DNA of 64,000 bases, taken from assembly GCA_910579535.1 (NCBI GenBank), contig CAJTUR010000001.1:26587-90586 (forward strand), given 5' to 3'. Made by a program: the position numbers and the translations under genes. This document shows, piece by piece, positions 60,539-64,000 of this stretch (position 1 is the first letter of the stretch; each line of letters begins with the position of its first letter). The DNA is from an uncultured Bacilli bacterium. GTDB taxonomy: Bacteria > Bacillota_I > Bacilli_A > RF39 > UBA660. The notes beneath the pieces are model-generated. The model saw nothing but the letters and a program-made list of their open reading frames with translations, had not been told where the DNA came from and searched no databases.

Positions 60539-61879
60539 ATGACTAAAATTAAGTACAGTGGATCACAATGGATAGGTGCTATACCAATTGAATGGAAAGT
60601 CAATAGGCTTAGATATAATTGTGATTTTAAAACAGGAGGAACTCCTCCTGATAAATATGGTATTAATTTAATAGGAGATGGATATCCTTGGATAACAGCT
60701 CAGGATATGGGAAATGGTTTTGAAATAACAAAATATACTCAATATATTTCTGATGATGCAATTAAGCTATGTAAATATAAATTGTTTCCTGCCGGCTCAA
60801 TTTTACTTGTGTGTATAGCATCAGTTGGAAAGATTGGATACTCTTTGGAAAAAACATATTCTAATCAACAAATAACTTCATTAAAATCTAAAGCTCATTT
60901 GTTTGATAAATATCTTTTATACTTAGTTATATCTTTATCACCCATGATAGAAAAAGATGCTTCAAGTAATGTAGTTTCTATAATAAATACACAATATCTT
61001 AAAAATATTAATTGTTGTTTCCCAATATATAAAGAACAACAATTAATAGCAAATTTTCTTGATGAAAAAGTCAACAAAATTGATAAGATAATAAATGATT
61101 TAAATAAACAAATAGATATAATTAATGATTATCGTAAATCTCTTATTATAGAAACTGTTACAAAGGGATTAAGAAACAAAATAAAACTTAAAGATACAAA
61201 AATAAATTGGATAGGATATATTCCACAACATTGGAATGTTAAAAAAATAAAGCATTCATTTGTTGATAATAATTTTGGTATAAAGGTAGGCCCTTTTGGC
61301 AGTTCATTAACTGATTGTGTAGTTAGCGAATCGGAGGGTGACTATAAAATATATGGACAGGCGAATTTAATAAGAAGGAATTTTTTGTTTGGAGATAACT
61401 ATATAACAAAAAAGGACTTTAATAGATTAAAAAATTATGAGGTTATAGCGGGCGACATAGTTGTATCAATGATGGGTACTATTGGAAAATGTAGAGTTGT
61501 ACCAAATAATATTGAAAGAGGAATAATGGATTCACATTTAATTAAGATAAGACTAGACAAAAAAATAATGAACTCTAAGTACTTTGAATATCAATATGAA
61601 GGAAACAATATATATGAACAACTTTTATATTATAGTAATGGAAGTATTATGAGTGGGCTAAATTCAACTATTATCAAAAATGTATATTTTGTTTATCCAC
61701 CAATAGATGAACAAAATGAAATAGTTAAATATTTAGATAGTAAATGCGCTAAAATAAATAAAATATTAGAAGAAAAAAACAAACAGATTGAGCAAATGCA
61801 ACAATATAAAAAATCAATAATATATGAATATGTAACAGGTAAGAAGAGAGTGAGAGGAGCAGAAGAACTATATGGATAA
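60539..61879 (+). CDS. hsdS: Type I restriction-modification specificity subunit (two target-recognition domains)
   Basis: 446 aa with duplicated TRD and conserved-helix architecture (..KQIDIINDYRKSLI.. and ..KQIEQMQQYKKSII..). Confidence 0.85.
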   Translation: MTKIKYSGSQWIGAIPIEWKVNRLRYNCDFKTGGTPPDKYGINLIGDGYPWITAQDMGNGFEITKYTQYISDDAIKLCKYKLFPAGSILLVCIASVGKIGYSLEKTYSNQQITSLKSKAHLFDKYLLYLVISLSPMIEKDASSNVVSIINTQYLKNINCCFPIYKEQQLIANFLDEKVNKIDKIINDLNKQIDIINDYRKSLIIETVTKGLRNKIKLKDTKINWIGYIPQHWNVKKIKHSFVDNNFGIKVGPFGSSLTDCVVSESEGDYKIYGQANLIRRNFLFGDNYITKKDFNRLKNYEVIAGDIVVSMMGTIGKCRVVPNNIERGIMDSHLIKIRLDKKIMNSKYFEYQYEGNNIYEQLLYYSNGSIMSGLNSTIIKNVYFVYPPIDEQNEIVKYLDSKCAKINKILEEKNKQIEQMQQYKKSIIYEYVTGKKRVRGAEELYG

Positions 61880-64000
61880 TTTCTTTAAAGAAAGAGAAGA
61901 ATATCAAAGATATATAATTAATTATTTGGTTAATAACAATGGATATAAAGAAAGAAAGTTTTCTGAAGGAAAATATAATCCGTTATATGCAATGGATACT
62001 GAATTGCTTCTTCAGTTTTTAGAGACTACTCAATCTGATACAATTGCATATTTGAGAGATTTATATCCAAATGCTGATGAATTAATTATTAAAAAGATTA
62101 ATGAAAGTATTACTAGGAGAGATAGCAGTTTAATTAGCAAATTAAAAAATGGTATATATTTTGATAACACTACACATTTAGATTTAATGTATGATAAACC
62201 AGCAACTTCTATAAATGAAGATTTGATGGAAAAATATAATAGTAATATTTTTTCCATTATGGAAGAAGTTTATCATAAAGATGGAGAAAGAATAGATTTA
62301 GTAATATTTTTAAATGGTATTGCGATTATCACTATTGAATTAAAGAGTAATCAGTCTGGTCAAAATTATGAAGATGCTATTGAACAATATAAAAATGATA
62401 GAGATTATACTACGAGACTATTATCATTTAAAATTGGTGCATTAGTTAATTTTGCAGTGGATACTAAAGAAGCATATATGTGTACTGAATTAAAAGGTAG
62501 GTCATCTTTCTTTTTGCCATTTAATAAAGGAACAGAAGATGGTGGGAAAGGCAATCCACATAATGATAATGGATTAAATGTTTCTTATATGTGGGAAGAT
62601 ATATTAACTAAAGATACTTTATTATATTTAATTAAAAACTTTATATTTGTAGAAAAAGAGGAGAAAGAAGATCCTAATACTGGAAAATTAAAAATAAAAG
62701 AAAGTTTAATTTTTCCTAGATATCATCAATTAGATGCAATAAGAAATTTACTTTCTGACTTTAAAATTAATAGGACTAGAAAAAATTATTTAATTGAGCA
62801 TAGTGCGGGTTCTGGAAAAACTAAAACTATTGCTTGGTTAGCCTACAGATTACAGTGCTTGCATGATGTAAATGAAAAAAATATATTTGATTCTGTACTA
62901 ATTATTACAGATAGAATAGTTGTTGACCAACAACTCCAAGATGCAATTAAATCTTTAGACCATGATCCAAGTTTAATAAAAGTGATGGACGAAGATTGTA
63001 GTTCTGCAGATTTAGGTGATGCTATAAAAAATGGTTATAAAATAATTGTTTCAACTATTCAAAAGTTTAGATACATATTAGATGAAACTAAAAACATTAC
63101 AGATAAAAGTTTTGCAATAATTATTGATGAAGCACACTCATCTACTTCTGGAAAGAATATGTCTGCTGTTACTACTGTTTTATCCGATGAAACAGAAGAA
63201 GACTTAGATTCTATTGAAGATCAAATGGTAGAAGAAATTAGTAAAAGTGGAAAGCAAAATAATATATCAATGATAGCATTTACCGCAACTCCTAAAAAAC
63301 AAACTCTTCAATTATTTGGAACTCCAAATGAAGATGGTAAGACAGCCCCGTTTCATGTATATGGAATGAAGCAGGCTATACAAGAAGAATTTATATTAGA
63401 TGTACTAACTAATTACACAACTTATAAAACTTTCTATGAAGTAACTAAAAAAATTGAAGATAATCCAGAAGTATTTAAAAGTTTTGTAAAAAAGAAACTT
63501 AATCGTATTGTTGATTTAGATCCACATAATATAGGTCAAAAAGTTGAAATAATTATAGAGCATTTTAGAGATTGTATTATGAGAGAACTTGGTGGAAAAG
63601 CTAAAGCAATGGTGGTTACATCTTCTAGAGAAGCAGCAGTACGTTATAAATTAGCATTCGAAAGATACATTGTAGAACATAATTATACAGATATAAAAGC
63701 ATTGGTAGCATTTTCTGGAAAGGTTCCTGTGGATGGAATTGAATATTCTGAGGTTGGTATAAACAAAATACCAGAAAAAGATTTAAAAGCAGAATTTGAT
63801 AAAGATGATTATCAAGTTTTACTAGTTGCCAATAAATATCAAACAGGCTTTGATCAACCAAAATTAGTTGCAATGTATGTTGATAAAAAACTAAAAGGAA
63901 TAGCAGCTGTTCAAACACTATCTAGGTTAAATAGAATATGCCCTCCTTATGATAAAAAGACTTTTATATTAGATTTTAAAAATGATTATGTGGATATAAA
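61872..64000 (+). CDS. hsdR: Type I restriction enzyme R subunit, 3' end beyond the window
   Basis: ATG 61872 overlaps the hsdS stop (ATGGATAA). Open frame to the window end with N-terminal nuclease motif DLVIFLNGIAIITIELK, helicase motif I EHSAGSGKT, DEAH box IIDEAHSS, Q-tip region. Absent from the track because it has no stop. Confidence 0.85.
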   Translation, partial: MDNFFKEREEYQRYIINYLVNNNGYKERKFSEGKYNPLYAMDTELLLQFLETTQSDTIAYLRDLYPNADELIIKKINESITRRDSSLISKLKNGIYFDNTTHLDLMYDKPATSINEDLMEKYNSNIFSIMEEVYHKDGERIDLVIFLNGIAIITIELKSNQSGQNYEDAIEQYKNDRDYTTRLLSFKIGALVNFAVDTKEAYMCTELKGRSSFFLPFNKGTEDGGKGNPHNDNGLNVSYMWEDILTKDTLLYLIKNFIFVEKEEKEDPNTGKLKIKESLIFPRYHQLDAIRNLLSDFKINRTRKNYLIEHSAGSGKTKTIAWLAYRLQCLHDVNEKNIFDSVLIITDRIVVDQQLQDAIKSLDHDPSLIKVMDEDCSSADLGDAIKNGYKIIVSTIQKFRYILDETKNITDKSFAIIIDEAHSSTSGKNMSAVTTVLSDETEEDLDSIEDQMVEEISKSGKQNNISMIAFTATPKKQTLQLFGTPNEDGKTAPFHVYGMKQAIQEEFILDVLTNYTTYKTFYEVTKKIEDNPEVFKSFVKKKLNRIVDLDPHNIGQKVEIIIEHFRDCIMRELGGKAKAMVVTSSREAAVRYKLAFERYIVEHNYTDIKALVAFSGKVPVDGIEYSEVGINKIPEKDLKAEFDKDDYQVLLVANKYQTGFDQPKLVAMYVDKKLKGIAAVQTLSRLNRICPPYDKKTFILDFKNDYVDI

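Noticed and set aside
59823-61077. Minus-strand ORFs 59823 and 60895
   Set aside because: Antisense inside hsdM and hsdS.
62030-63918. Minus-strand ORFs 62030 and 63625
   Set aside because: Antisense inside the open hsdR reading frame. That frame runs uninterrupted from 61872 to the window end with PD-(D/E)xK and DEAH helicase motifs.
1-64000. CRISPR arrays and IS/transposase genes
   Set aside because: No regularly spaced direct repeats with unique spacers and no DDE/IS transposase ORFs were seen. The only recombinase is the large serine recombinase.

Overview
Low-GC (about 27-30% GC) chromosomal origin-of-replication region of a spore-forming Firmicute, standard genetic code with TGA used as a stop. 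There are three parts. (1) Positions 1-18000: the conserved oriC neighbourhood. On the minus strand: parB/noc-like, rsmG, mnmG, a GNAT gene, mnmE, jag, yidC, rnpA, rpmH. A DnaA-box cluster follows, then on the plus strand dnaA, dnaN, a ComK-family gene where yaaA/rlbA normally sits, recF, gyrB, gyrA. (2) Positions 18000-42000: a Bacillus-like conserved array. It runs SRP RNA (ffs), tadA, dnaX, ybaB, recR, bofA-like, holB, ricT(yaaT), a tRNA methyltransferase, pth, mfd, spoVT, then a T-box leader in front of two frameshifted genes (phosphotransferase and SDR), then metG, tatD, a 3D-domain gene, rsmA, yabG, veg, spoVG, yabP, yabQ, divIC, truA, a 580-aa unknown protein, rplM, rpsI. (3) Positions 42176-64000: an accessory region inserted into a cwlC-like sporulation amidase gene. 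The first 13 codons of the amidase lie at 42176-42214 and the in-frame continuation at 53408-53668. A 10-bp sequence ACATGGAGGA is present at both junctions. Between them is an approximately 11.2-kb integrated mobilizable element. It carries a tRNA-Trp flanked by 31-bp direct repeats, a MobV relaxase, an XRE regulator, three winged-helix proteins and a large serine recombinase sitting against the right junction. It also carries a tight three-gene operon: a GATase1/peptidase-S51-like protein, an MccF-like S66 peptidase and a second full-length histidyl-tRNA synthetase. That combination reads as a self-immunity or resistance cassette against an unknown HisRS-targeting aminoacyl-nucleotide antibiotic. 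The amidase fragment then stops prematurely at 53668. A second, GC-richer island (53669 to the window end) follows, with a 647-aa unknown protein that has a C-terminal nuclease-like motif, a Fic protein, an AbrB-like protein and a complete type I restriction-modification system (hsdM, hsdS, hsdR partial). Other oddities: an 18-22-bp CACGTG-centred perfect palindrome present three times at about 560-bp spacing between gyrA and ffs, bracketing a small ORF and a decayed pseudogene; and a 9-G homopolymer that frameshifts the SDR gene.
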